From the human T2T-CHM13v2.0 reference genome, Homo sapiens, in assembly GCF_009914755.1 (NCBI RefSeq), contig NC_060925.1: a stretch of 64,000 bases of DNA. The stretch is one strand, 5' to 3'. Position numbers and translations under genes: made by a program. The notes beneath the pieces are model-generated. The model was not told the origin of the DNA, did not search any database, and saw only the letters and a program-made list of their open reading frames with translations. Below, in pieces: positions 1 to 14,235 of the stretch (its first letter is position 1; each line of letters starts with the position of its first letter).

Positions 1-858
1 CTGTGAAGTTTAATTTGTCTTTGGGCAGCCGATTTTAATTTTCTGACCAACATAATCAGAATAAGAATAGAAGCTTCAAATTACTGGCTGTTGAGGCATA
101 GTACATAAAATTGAGGGTTACGTTAATGAAAATTTAAATGGCTAGCTGTACTTACGTGTCTCCGTCCTATCATTTATTCAATATTTTTTGAGTTTCCTCT
201 GTGTAATAGGTCAATATTCTCCTAGAATTTAAGGCTAATAGGGATGATGAAATTAAGTAATTTCAGAATTGTTTAATTACAGATTTATAAAGTACTTGGC
301 AGGCTCTTAATTATTTATCTTTGTTAATTTTATCATGAATGCACACAAGGTATTCTGGATCAGAGACATTTCATAATAATAAATGTATTGGCCTGCTTTT
401 GCCCTAGTCCTTACCCCTAGGATGATGCTATAAAAGCCAGGTCAATTGTCCTGCGTGAGTAGCCAGACACTCTGTAGGTGGGGGACAAGGAAAAATTATT
501 TTTCTCTCCTATGAAGGGGAAATAGGCAACTGTCCCCCTCCCCTCATGAAATGGTCACTTAGGAAAGGTAATAAGCCTAAATCCTAACTCCAACCCTTTG
601 GCATATCTGGAGTTTTATCTCTTTTTACATACAAATATCTAGGGAGATAGCTGTACCCCTTTTCTTAGCACCTTGGAAGCTTGGCCTAGGGAACTGCTCC
701 AGGCTGTAACCTTTCAAACTTCTCTGGGAAATGAGAGAGGGTTTTATTATCCTTCCAGACCAGTTGAAAACAAAAGATCTAATCCTTATGGCATGCAGAA
801 ATGTTGCCAGGACCCTAGAGCTTTTTAGAAGAACATTGAGAAATCCATGGACATTTTA

Positions 859-1202
859 TGTCTTAGTCTGTTTTCTGTTGCTATAACAGAATACCACAGA
901 CTAGATAATTTATAAAGGAAAGAAGTTTATTTTGGCTCATGGTTTTAGCAGCTGGAAGAGCATAGTGTCTTCTTGCTGCTTCATAACATGGTGGAGGGCA
1001 TCACATGGTGAGAGAGGTAGAGCAAGAGAGGTGAGGGAAATTGCTTTTACGACAAAGTCACTCCATCAATAAAGAGCACACTCCTGTGATAGTGACATTA
1101 ATCCATCAAGGAGGACAGAGTCCTCATTAATCTATTCATGAGGACGGAGGGATTAGGTTTCTAACACATGAACTTTTGGGGGATACACTCAAGCCCATAG
1201 GA
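859..1202 (-). mobile_element. MaLR solo LTR, MST family
   Basis: Begins tgtcttagtctgttttctgttgctataacagaatacc and ends gggggatacactcaagcccatagga. 5-bp TSD tttta at 854-858 and 1203-1207. Confidence 0.85.
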
Positions 1203-1289
1203 TTTTATTTTCCCACAGTATTATGGGAAAAAAAGGGTTTTATTATATCCTTGTTAGAAGTGAAGGGTTGGCTATCTGCTCTAGAGGTT

Positions 1290-2240
<951 letters not shown>

Positions 2241-2248
2241 CATATTGA

Positions 2249-2552
2249 GTTTTGTTTTGTTTTGTTTTTGAGACGGAGTCTTGCGCTGTTGCCCAGGCTG
2301 GAGTGTAGTGGCGCAATCTCGGCTCACTGCAACCTCTGTCTCCCAGGTTCAAGCAATTCTAGCTGCCTCAGCCTCCCTAGTAGCTGGGATTACAGGCGTG
2401 TGCCACCACACCCGGCTAATTTTTGTACTTTTAGTAGAGACAGGGTTTCACCATGTTGGCCAGGCTGGTCTTGAACTCCCGACCTCATGTGATCTGTCCG
2501 CCTCAGCCTCCCAAAGTGCTGGGATTATAGAGGTGAGCCACCGCGCCCAGCC
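2249..2552 (-). mobile_element. Alu (AluS-like)
   Basis: Antisense dimeric Alu with (TTTTG)n tail. TSD-like ttgagtttt on both sides. Confidence 0.95.
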
Positions 2553-2833
2553 CATGTTGAGTTTTAAATGCCTTTGAGAAAGCCAGGTGGAGATGTGCTG
2601 AGGGAGAGAGTGGAGAAAATGTGAAATAGCCCTTGCCGAGAATGGGAGAGCAAGTCTACTGATGAATCATTTCCTGCTCTTCCCTCTGCCTGGGACTTTG
2701 CCCGCAGATTCTTCACTTTACTCGGTCCTCTAATTCAAATCTCAGTTCTTGTATCAACTCCTTGAAGAGCTTTTTCAAGCTACTTAAGTTAAAATAGAAC
2801 CTCCTTTCCCAACAATAACTTTCTGATCATCAC

Positions 2834-3153
2834 TGCTCTAATTTAAATGTGTCCCCCAGCATTCATGTGTTGGAAACTTAACTGCAACACTGCAACAGTG
2901 TTGGGAAGTGGGGGCTAATGGAAAGTGTTTAGGCAGTCCCCTTGTAAACAGATCAACGCCATCACAAAAAGGGCTCGCTCACTTGTACTCTTTGCCTTTC
3001 CACCCTCTGCTCTGCGATAAATAGGGCTCTCACCAGATGCTGGTGCTTGGATCTTGGAATTCCCAGCCCCTTAAAACTTGAGAAAATAAATTTCTGTTAT
3101 AAATTATGCAGTCTCTGGTATTCTGTTATAGTAGCACAAGATGCACTAAGACA
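2834..3153 (+). mobile_element. MaLR solo LTR, MST family
   Basis: tg...atgtgtcccccagcattcatgtgttggaaac...aataaatttctg...actaagaca. 5-bp TSD atcac at 2829-2833 and 3154-3158. Confidence 0.85.
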
Positions 3154-3391
3154 ATCACCTTCCTTTATTTTCTTAACACTTATCACCAGCTGAAACTATC
3201 TTCTTAACTTGATTTTCTTAGGCAAAATATCTACTCACATCCTTTGCCCATTTTTAAATTGGGTTGTCTTTTTATTGTTGAGTTGTGCGAGTTCTGTATA
3301 TATTCTCGATACTATACCCCTACCCAGATATATATGATTTGCAAATATTTTCTCTCATTCTTTGGTTTGTCTTTTCACTTTCTTGGTAGTG

Positions 3392-3522
3392 TTTTTTGTT
3401 TGTTTGGTTGGTTTTTTTTTTAAGACAGGGTCTCATTCTGTTGCCCAGGCTATGGTGCAGTGGCATGATTATAGCTCATCATAACCTCAAACTCCTGGGC
3501 TCAAGGGATCCTCCTGCCTTAG
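3392..3522 (-). mobile_element. Alu monomer fragment (AluJ/FLAM-like)
   Basis: agacagggtctcattctgttgcccaggc...ctcaagggatcctcctgccttag, truncated. Confidence 0.8.
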
Positions 3523-4429
3523 TGTGATAGTGTTCTTTAAGGACAAATGTTTTTAATTTTGATGATGCCCAGTTTATTAATATTTCTTTTATTGCTTGTG
3601 CTTTTGGTATCATGTAACCATTGCTGATTCCAAGGTCACAAAGATTTATACCTACGTTTTTACCTAAGAACTTAATAGTTTTACCCTTTAAATTTAGGTC
3701 TTGGATCCATTTTGAGTTAACTTTTTTTTATGGCATAGGGTAGGTATCCAGCTTCATTCTTTTACATATGGTTTAATCATCATTTGTTGGAAAGACTATT
3801 CCCTATTGGATAGTCTTGGCACTCTTGTAAAAAAAAATCACTTGATTATGTATGTATGGGTTTATTTCTATACTTGCAATTCTATTCCATTGATCCTATG
3901 CATATCCTAATGTCAGTACCACACTGTCTATTATTACTGTGGTTTTGTGTTGCATTTTGGAATTGAGAAGTGTGAGTCCTCCAATGTTGTTCTTTTTTTG
4001 AAGTTTGTTCTGGCTATTCTGGGTCCCTTGCAAAACCACTGAATTTTAGCATCAGCTTATCAATTTCTACAACAGAAAAGGGGAGTTAGGATTTTGATAG
4101 GTATTATATTGAATCTGTAAATCAATTTAGGGAGTACTGCCATCTTAACAACATTAAGTCTTTCAATCTAAGAGCATGAGGTATCTTTCTATTTATTTAG
4201 GTCTTCTTTAATTTCCTTGTGTTGTTTTGTAGTTTTCAGTGTACAAGTCTTATGCTTCTTTTATTAAATTTATTAATAAGTATTTTACCTTTTGATGCTA
4301 TTATAAATGGAATTGTTTTCTTAGTTATATCTCCAAATTTTTTAAATCTGAAAGTATAGAAATACAATTAATTTTTGTTATTGAATTTCTGTTTGAAACT
4401 TTGGTGAGCTCATTTATTAGCTCTAATAG

Positions 4430-4759
<330 letters not shown>

Positions 4760-5757
4760 CCCTAGGATTTTCTATATGGAAGGTTATGTCTTCTTCAAAC
4801 AGAAATACTTTAAACTCTTCCTTTCTAATCTAGATGCCTTTATTTCCTTTTCTTGCCTGATTTCTCTGGCTAGTACCTCCAGTACAGTGTTGAGCAGGAG
4901 TAGCAAGATAAGACATTTTTGTCTTGTTCTTAGGTATAAAGCTTTTAATCTTTCATCATTACATATGCGGTTACCTTGGGCTTTTCATAGATGCCCCTTA
5001 TTAACTCAAAGAAGTTCCCTTCTGTTTCTAGTTTGTTGAGTGGTTTTTATCATGAAATGGTGTTAGATTTTTTTAAAAGTACGTTTTCTGTGTCTTTTGA
5101 GATGATCATGTGATTTTTGTTCTTTATTTTATTAATATGGTATATTATATTGATTGTTTCTTATACGTTGACTCAACCTTGTATTCTTGGGATAAATCCC
5201 ACTTGGTCATAGTATATAATCCTTTTTATATCTTGCTGGATTTTGTTCGCTAGTATTTTGTTGAGAATTTGTCCATCTATATTAGAAACAGATACTGTTT
5301 TTTACGTACGATTTTTTTTCTGGTTTTGGTATTAGAATAATACTAGCTTTATAGAAAAAATTGGAAAGTGTTCGCTCTTCTATATTTTGGAAGAGTTTGT
5401 GAAGGTATGTCGTTAATTCTTTAAACATTTTATAGAACTCACCATCTGGGCCTGCGCTTTTCTTTGTGAGAAGTTTTTTGATTACTAATTCAGTCTTTTT
5501 ACTTATTTTACGTCTATTCAGATTTTCTATTTTTTCTTTAGTCAGTTTTGGCAGTTTATATCTTTCTTGGAATTTATTGGTTTCATCTAATTTGTTGTTC
5601 CTTGTATTTCCTTAGAATTTTTTTGTTTTTGTAAGATTGGTAATAATGTTTTTTTTCTTTCATTCCTGATTTTAGTACTTTGAATCCCCTTTTTTTTCCT
5701 TGGTCAGTCTAGCTAATGATTTATCAATTTTGTTGATTTTTTAAAGAACCAACTTTT

Positions 5758-5834
5758 GGCTAGGCACAGTGGCTCGCACCTGTAGTCCCAGCACTTTGGG
5801 AGGCTGAGGCAGGTGGATTGCTTGAGCTCAGGAG
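5758..5834 (+). mobile_element. Alu 5' fragment, abruptly truncated
   Basis: ggctaggcacagtggctcgcacctgtagtcccagcactttgggagg...gagctcaggag, followed by unrelated sequence. Confidence 0.9.
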
Positions 5835-6649
5835 TAGCCCGAGAACCCCTTCTGAGTAGAACATATCAGTTCGATATTCCCACTTCATGGGGGTAATCCT
5901 GTTTTGTCATCCAGCTGAAAAGACAGTAGCATTCATTTCAGAGTGGTCCTTTTTTAAGGTACCGGGCCTTGTAGCTGGAGGCAGAGAGAGTGACAGTTAC
6001 TGGGCTGTAGACCACATATCTATTTGTGCCAATTTGCTTGAAAAAGGACATTTGTTAGCAGGTTTCAGAACATTGGTAAGATAACACTCAGTAGGAAGAT
6101 TGCTGGCGTTATGTCAGCTACCTTTCTTTCATTACCAGAAGCTACTAGGATTCATCAGAAATAACCTAATATTTGGTGAATGGCATTGGCTTAGACAGAT
6201 TTGCTTCAGACCAGGAGGTAGCTGAAGATCACTGGCAGCTGGGACTTTCCTCCTTATCTCTGTGCTTCTCTTGCTGTGTAGGCTTGCTTTCTTCGCATAG
6301 AAGGCACAGGACCAGTGGCCTCTGTACCTCACAGCTTCAAGAGCAGATAGGAGGGAGCTCTTCCCTTTGCCCCGGTTGAAAAACTTCCTGGGAGATGACT
6401 CTGTCCTGCCCTGTGGGGTAGTGGGTCCTGTGATTGGTCAGCTTCCTTTATCAGAAAAGGCTGTGTCTGGTGAAAGCAGTCACACCAGCTTCCCTATAGC
6501 CCCGCATTAAAGCTGAGTGGAGAGAGGGAGGGAGAGGGCCCTGTGCTATTGTGAAAGAGGATAATTTGATGCTATTACAGCTCAGATAAGGTCTGGGAGA
6601 ATGATTTGCCGGACAGGCATCTCCAACTGTGCAACTCAGCCACATTTTA

Positions 6650-6830
6650 CATATGTAACACTGGGTAACTTACTTGATATCCCTAGTGTCATTTTCATTT
6701 TTAATATAGGAATAATTCTTACCATGCAAAGGCTTGTAAGGTTTACTGTATATAAAGTGCCTGTTACATAAGGGGCAGCAATGAGTGAGGATCTGCTGCT
6801 TCTGCTATTGTTATTATTAATGTTGCTATT
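6650..6830 (+). mobile_element. MIR fragment
   Basis: tgtaacactgggtaacttacttgatatccctagtgtcattttcatttttaatataggaataat...aaagtgcc. Confidence 0.6.
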
Positions 6831-7029
6831 ATCCCTTTCTCCAAGTCCTCTTATTTAACGGTGTTATTTTTCTAAAACACACCTTTAAGAATGCTATTGC
6901 CCTCTTTGTAAACCTTTAGTAGCTCCCCATTAACTATTGAATAAAGTTAAATTTCCTTAACTACTCCATGTTTTTTTTCAGACCCTTCAGGATCTGGTCC
7001 CTGTAATCTTCTTTTCAGCCTCATTTTAA

Positions 7030-7335
<306 letters not shown>

Positions 7336-7794
7336 TTCAGTCTTATCTGTAAGTTCCTGTCTGCACCCTGTGCTCTTGTCTGTACATCTACTCTCCTATG
7401 AATAGGAAAGTAAAGTTTTCTACATCTGTGCCTTCGCTGATGTTGTTTCCTTGTCTTGGAATGGCCTTTCCCCCACTACCTTCCCTTTCTTTTTATCAGA
7501 TTTCTTTTTTCTTTCTTTCTTTTTTAAAGCCCCAGGTTGAAACTTGAAACCTGATCATTTCAGTTTTGCTTCCTTCCCTGATCTTTTTCCTTGACTGGGA
7601 GGAGCCTTCTGGAGTCCACAGCACTTATTTTTGCTCTATTACGATTGTTTACATGTTAGTCTTTTTTTTTTTTTTTTTTTTTTACATTTTGCAAGAATCT
7701 AAGCCAGTTGTTTTGTAGAATGTCACACATTCTGGATTTGCGTGATTATTTCCTGGTTGTATTTGTTTTAATTATTTTCAGTTATCTCTCTTAG

Positions 7795-8075
7795 TTTTTT
7801 CTTTTTTGTTGTTGTTGAAAAAAGGGTTTTGCTCTGTCACCCAGGCTAGAGTGCAGGGGTGTGGTCATGGCTCACTGCAGCCTTGACCTCCTTGGCTCAA
7901 GCAGTCCTCCCACCTCTCAGCCTCCTGAGAGCTGGGACTATAGGTGTGTACCACCACACCTAGCTAATATTTTGTATTTTTTGTAGAGATAGAGTTTCGC
8001 CATGTTGCCCAGGCCGACCTCAAACTCCTGGGCCCAAGTGACCCTCTTGCCTTGGACTCCCAAAGTGCTGGATTA
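7795..8075 (-). mobile_element. Alu (AluJ-like) with altered 5' end
   Basis: ctcactgcagccttgacctcc is typical of AluJ. The element ends at caaagtgctggatta. Confidence 0.9.
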
Positions 8076-8854
8076 GGAAATTAGGAAACGACTAGGATTA
8101 TAATTGGCCCTCTTAATGTTGTTTAATTTGTAACCCTAATAGTTGTATTACCACTGGGACCTGTCTTGCCTTTTTTCTGTTTACTGTAATTTTATTTAAA
8201 AAATTGTGTTATAGTAGAAGAGGATCAAGGATGAATATATTCTTACCTTGTTTGGGTTAATTTTGCATTCTAACCTCATCAGGGATTTTCAAATCTAATT
8301 ATTATTTTTGTGTATTTCCTTTACACTTGAAGGGAAGATAAGTATAGGGTACAGTAAAAGGGCGACTAAATGCTTAAGGAATGTTTTCATCAACTGTTTT
8401 CTTTCACTGTGTTATTAGTAAAGAACTCTTTTCAACTCTGCTTGGTATTGAGAAATTTTTTTCCTAAAATATATGATTCCTGATATTTATAGTTAGAACA
8501 AAAAGAATACTCTGTTTAGTATCTCGGTAATCACTTCTGAACATGAATTCTTACGGCTCAAGACTTTGGATGTAGGGCATCTATAGTTTCATGTGGGATA
8601 ATCATCTTTAAAACATAATCATTCAATATTGGCTTGTTTTGCTGCTTTCTCACACAGGTGGAGTACAGGAAAATACCAGTTGTTCAAGTATTAAGTATTT
8701 GTTCAACTTCCATTATTTGAGATGTTACTTTGTTGTATTGCACATGACTAATTTACTCTTAGGAATATTTACTGAATGTAAACATAGCACTTTTGCATAA
8801 CATAGGCTTTGCTTGGCTCAGTTTAGTAAGAGACACAGAAAGGCTAAGTTACAT

Positions 8855-9000
8855 TTCATCAGTAAATGTTTTTTGAGCACCTGATGTGTACCAGACACTG
8901 TTCTGAGGCATAAGTCAGATACAATTCCTACCCCCTAAGGTATGTGTAGTCTTGTGGGTGAAGTAAACCAGCAATTATAACACAGGGTGATGCATGCCAC
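8855..9000 (-). mobile_element. L2 3' end fragment
   Basis: ttcatcagtaaatgttttttgagcacctgatgtgtaccagacactgttct. Confidence 0.65.
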
Positions 9001-9187
9001 AACAGGGGAACACACAGAAGACTCTGGGAGCCCAGGGTGGAAATCTAAATCAGACAGAGCTAAGGTGCTTGGAATGACAACGAGGCAGAACATTTGGGTC
9101 AAGAAAATTCCAAACTGAGGGACATTGGATGAGAAGTCACAGAAGCAAAAAATGTTACCCATTTGGGGAATTGCAGAGGTAAAGCTA

Positions 9188-9613
<426 letters not shown>

Positions 9614-9915
9614 CTAAAGTATGAGAAACATTCGTACTTAAGGGAATGAAGAAGGAATGAAAATAATGATGTAATATATGTTACATTAAAGGTATGTGTA
9701 AAGTTCTATGATTAGGTTAATTTATATAGACTGTATGACATTTTCATTTAAAATCTGTTTATTTTCCTATCCATAAGTAATTTCTTTTTGGAAGAGAAAT
9801 TGGCAGAAGGGATGGGTATTACTGTAAATCTTGTCCTTTTATCCCCAGATGATTCTAAAAACAATTTACCAGTCTGTTAATGTTTTATTCATTGAATGCT
9901 TTGTTTTTCTTTTAG

Positions 9916-9966
9916 TCCAAGGACAAAATGATGAGAGGCTCTCGCAGAGGATGTGTTAGACTCAGA
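9916..9966 (+). CDS. OSBPL9: OSBPL9 internal coding exon (second coding exon, PH domain), 51 nt, phase 0-0: SKDKMMRGSRRGCVRLR
   Basis: Acceptor ttgtttttcttttag (AG 9914-9915) and donor AGA|gtgagt (GT 9967). The translation matches the ORP9 PH-domain sequence as I recall it and joins in frame to 27361. Confidence 0.95.
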
Positions 9967-10371
9967 GTGAGTATTTATTCATTTTTATGAAAATCAATTT
10001 TGACAGAAGAAAATTGTATTCTGATAGAATTATGGAAGTCTAAATTTAGTTTAGCTTCCTTACATAATTGTTGGGGCAGGTATCTAAGTCTCAGAGAGAA
10101 AATGTGATTTCTCCAAGTAACTGTTAGTCAGTATCAGAACCAGGACTAGAACTCAGTTATTTTGGCCCATGATTCAATGTTGTATTTATGACTTAATGCA
10201 TGTTCTGATTTTCTTAAACCTCTACTTTACAGACAAGAGACAAGGGCTGGAAATTAAGTGAGTTATGGTGTTGGTGGTATATCAACAGTAGAAAAAATGG
10301 AAAAATCCCAACTGTTAGCTGCCGCTGCTTTGTTTTTCCTGTTCAGCACTATTTAATCATGGTATATATAG

Positions 10372-10681
10372 CAGTGCTGTCCAGTAGAAATACAATGTTA
10401 GCCACATCTATAATTTAAGATTTTCTAGTAAGCCACATTTCAAAAGTAAAAAGAAACAGGCAAAATTAATATTTTATCTAGGTCAGTATATCTGAAATAT
10501 TGTTATTTTAACATGTGATTAATAAAAAAAAATTAAGATATTTTACAATCTTTCTTTCCATACTAACTATTCAAAATCCAGTGTGTTTTTTACACAAAGG
10601 GTACATCTCAATTAGGACTAGCTGTACTTCAGAGAAGGGGATCAATAGCCACATGTGACTAGTGGCTGCCTTATGGTGCAG
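10372..10681. mobile_element. MER33 (hAT-Charlie derivative)
   Basis: cagtgctgtccagtagaaatacaatgttagccaca...aaaagtaaaaagaaacagg...gccacatgtgactagtggctgcc. Confidence 0.8.
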
Positions 10682-11399
10682 ACCTATAGCTTCATGCTGC
10701 TTTCAGTTTCCACCATTGTTCAAATAGGTAAAGGCAAGAAAGAATGCATGGCTAGGGATGCAGTTTCTAGTATCCCATTGTATATGAAGAAAAGTGGCCT
10801 CTATCATAACTAGGTTAATCAGCTTCTAGGAACCTTTTCTTCAGGACCCTGTTGACTTCTTTCTTCCACCTTTTTTTCTGCATCCTTACTTTTGAAGATG
10901 TGAATATATTTGGTAAACATATTATTGCCCTTGTTAACAGTCCTTGATAGAACTGGGAAATACCGCTGAGAAAGACACCAAATTATAATAGAAAAATCCT
11001 GGCACTGAGATAGGAGTAGGTATGGGAGATTTGCAGGATGGAAATGAGACAGGCTTGTTTCAATCAGATGGTATATATGTGATAGCACAAAGATTTTTAA
11101 AAATTCAACTTCTAGTTTTTGTTTTTTTTTTTCTAAAATTTTCCTTTGGTTTCTCTTTTGTCTGTTTGGTGTAATTACTTTTCTAAGCACTTGCTGTTGA
11201 CCTCAGTCACCAGTCAGTCTGGTATTAACTGCTCTTTTGGCTTGAGATAAGTTCAGTAGTGAGACTTTAGCAGAACTGTCTTGACAGAGCACTGCAGTTG
11301 AATTCCATTTGGATTTAGGCCACTGTCTCATTGTTACAGTTAATCCACTGGTTTTGTCTGTCTTTATTTTTTTGTTTTTGCTTTTAAATGTAGCTTAAT

Positions 11400-12410
11400 T
11401 AATTATTAACCCTTCTAACTACCACCTTAAGAAATAGAATTTTGTCAGCTATACCTGAAGCCTCTCCACGTGCCCCAATTAAATAAATTACATCCCTTAT
11501 ATGTCTCCTAAAGTAATCACTTCTTACATTTGGTTATAACTTTTTTACCCAAATGTGTATCCCTAAGTCCTATAGTTTTCTTACCTATTTGTTTAACTTG
11601 ATGTCTTTTGTTTACAATTTGTCTGTTGAAGAATCTGGACCGGCTGGGTGCTGGAGCTCACGCCTTTAATCCCAACACTGGGAGACCGAGCGAGGCAGAG
11701 GATCATTTGAGCCCAGTAGTTCGAGACCAGCCTGGGAAACATAGTGAGATCCCCATCTCTACAAAAAATTTAAAAAATTAGCTGGATGTGGTGACACATG
11801 CCTATAGTCCCAGCTACTTGAGAGACTGAGGCAGGAGGATCACTTGAGCCCAGGAAGTCAAGGCTGTAGTGAGCCATAATTGTGCCACTGCCTTCCAGCC
11901 TGGGTGACAGAGTGAGACCCTGAGACCCTATCTGAAAAAAAAGAAAAAAAAAAAAGGAATCCAGACCCTTTGACCTATAAGAATTTTCCATAGTATAGAT
12001 TTTACTGATTGCACGGTGGTGCAGTTCACTACATTCCTCTGTCCATTGTTTTTGCTGCAAATTGGCAGCTGGATCCAGAGACTGGATCAGACTTAGGTTT
12101 GATCCCTTTGGCAAGACTGTAGGTGGTGGTGTGTTCTTTTAGCAGGAAGAACATAGTGTCTAGTTTTTGCCCTTTGTTGATATTAGCAGCTATTGATGTT
12201 CAGTACCTACACCCATTAACTCACTGAGGGTTGCAAAATAATGACAGGCTATCATTTTGTTTTAATTTTTATCAGAAATAATTTTATAAGGAGACATTTC
12301 ATCTATTATTTGGTTACCCAGTGGTGCAGTTAAAATAGGCAAGATGACTGCTTGATTATTTCCTATTATTTACCAAATTTTAAAGGTAATGAATTGGCTT
12401 CAAAAACAAC
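11400..12410. mobile_element. Ancient L1ME-like fragments (Alu nested)
   Basis: gtctgttgaagaatctggac...ttttccatagtatagattttactgattgc...gatcagacttaggtttgat resemble the L1ME 3' region. Confidence 0.5.
11642..11955 (+). mobile_element. Alu (AluJ-like)
   Basis: Dimer with gtcaaggctgtagtgagcc. Degenerate TSD gaatctggac / gaatccagac. Confidence 0.95.
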
Positions 12411-12434
12411 CACTTATATATGTGTTTATATGTA

Positions 12435-13035
12435 TATTTCCAAAAGAATTGGAAACAGGGACTGAAACAGATGCTTATATATCCATGTTCATAGGATATA
12501 TAACATGGATATATAGCATTATTTGCAATATTCATAGCATTATTTGCAATATTCACAGTAGCCAAGAGGTGGAAAGGATCCAAGTGGCCATCCACTGATG
12601 AATGGATAAAAAATGTGGTATATAAATACAGTCTATTATTATTATTATTATTATTCAGTCTTATAAAGGAAGGAGATTCTGACACATGCTGCAACATAGA
12701 TGAACCTTGAGGACACTAGACTAAGTGAAATAAGCCAGTTACAAAAAGACAAAAAGGGTATGATTCCACTTATGTGGGATTCCTAGAGTAGCCAAAATCA
12801 GAGACAGAAAGTAGAATGGTGGTTTCCAGGGGTTGGGAGTACGGGAGATGGGGACTTAGTGTTTAATGAGTATGGAGTTTTCAGTTTGGAAAGATGAAAA
12901 AGCTCTGGAGATGGATGGTGATGATGGTGATCATCACATCATGAACAATGTGAATGTCCTTTATGCCACTGAACTATACACTTAGAAATGGTTGAAATAA
13001 TAAATTTCATGTTAGTATGTTTTACCATACACACA
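12435..13035 (+). mobile_element. L1MB-type 3' end
   Basis: ccaaaagaattggaaacagggactgaaacagat...gatgaaccttgaggac...gagacagaaagtagaatggtgg...gccactgaactatacactta. Confidence 0.85.
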
Positions 13036-13047
13036 AAAACACCCATA

Positions 13048-13605
13048 TATTTCACAGTTTTATAGGTCAGACATCTCTGTTGGGTTTTGTGCTTAAGGTC
13101 TCGTATGACTGAAATCAAGGAGTTGGCTGGACTGGGCCCTTATCTGGAGGCTCTGAAGAAGAGTCCTCTTCCAGGCTCATTCAGGGCATTTGCAGAATTC
13201 AATTCCTTGTGATTGTAGAACTGAAGCCCTGTTTGTTTTTTGTTTTTTGTTGTTGTTGGCTGTCAGTTGTGTTCTGCTTTCAGCTTCTAGAGGCTGCACG
13301 TATTCTTGGTCACGTGACCTAGACCCCTCCATCTTCATGTCAGCGATGTGCATTGAATCCTTCTGGTGCTCTGAATCTTTCTGACTTCCCATTCGGCTAT
13401 CAGCTGCAGAAAATGCTCTGCTTTTAAAAGACCTCATGTGATGACATCGGATTAGGTCCACCAAATAATCTCCCTTTTGCCATGTAATGTAACATAATTA
13501 CTCCTGCGATATCATATTCATGGTTTTCATCCATACTCAAAGGGGAGGAGATTATACAGGGGCAAGGGTCTGTGAGAGTCATTCTTAAAATTCTGCCTAC
13601 TACAC
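13048..13605 (-). mobile_element. MLT1-family MaLR LTR
   Basis: tttcacagttttataggtcag...ttccaggctcattcagggcatttgcagaattcaattccttgtgattgtag...aaattctgcctactaca. Confidence 0.8.
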
Positions 13606-14039
13606 AGCATGACAGAGAAGAACCAAATATACCTGTGTTTGATTCCCATTTTTACCCATTCCTTTGTTGAGTGGAAAAGGGAAGCTATCATAAGCTTCCT
13701 GAGCTTTAGTTTCCTCTTCTTTAAGGTGGAGATAATACTCTTCTTGCAGAATTTTGTGACGATTAGGTCCTGGCACATAGATGGAACTTAATAATTAGAA
13801 ACATGTATGTGTGTGTTTGTCCCTCTGTGTGCACACACGTGCATTTTACTAGGCTTTGTAGTATTTTCCAAAAATTAAACTGCCGAGGCTTTTAGTCAAG
13901 AAATATCTTGAGGGTTTGTTTACAATACAGTTACCAAGTCCACCTTCTAGATAGGCTGCTTTAGTGTAGTGTTCTGGAACCTTTATTTTTAAACAGATTA
14001 TCCAGGTAATTATGTTGTGTAACCAAGAGGGACCACTGG

Positions 14040-14235
14040 TGTAGAAACAATCAGAGAGACCTGGGGCTGAATTTTACTCAGCTCTTCCCTTACTGACTCT
14101 GACATTGGGCACATTTCTTAACTTTTATGAGGATACCGTGATATAACTGGTACGGTTGTAATGAGGCTTAGCAATTATGTATGTATAGGAAACAGTAACT
14201 GCTATGGATGACAACGATGATGATGATGATGAATA
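14040..14235 (+). mobile_element. MIR with (GAT)n tail
   Basis: agacctggggctgaatttt...ctgacattgggcacatttcttaac...gttgtaatgaggctta. Confidence 0.6.

Noticed and set aside
370-800. TATAAAAG at 429-436 and LTR-like composition as a promoter
   Set aside because: A single motif with no CpG island and no identifiable LTR termini or TSD. It cannot be supported from sequence alone.
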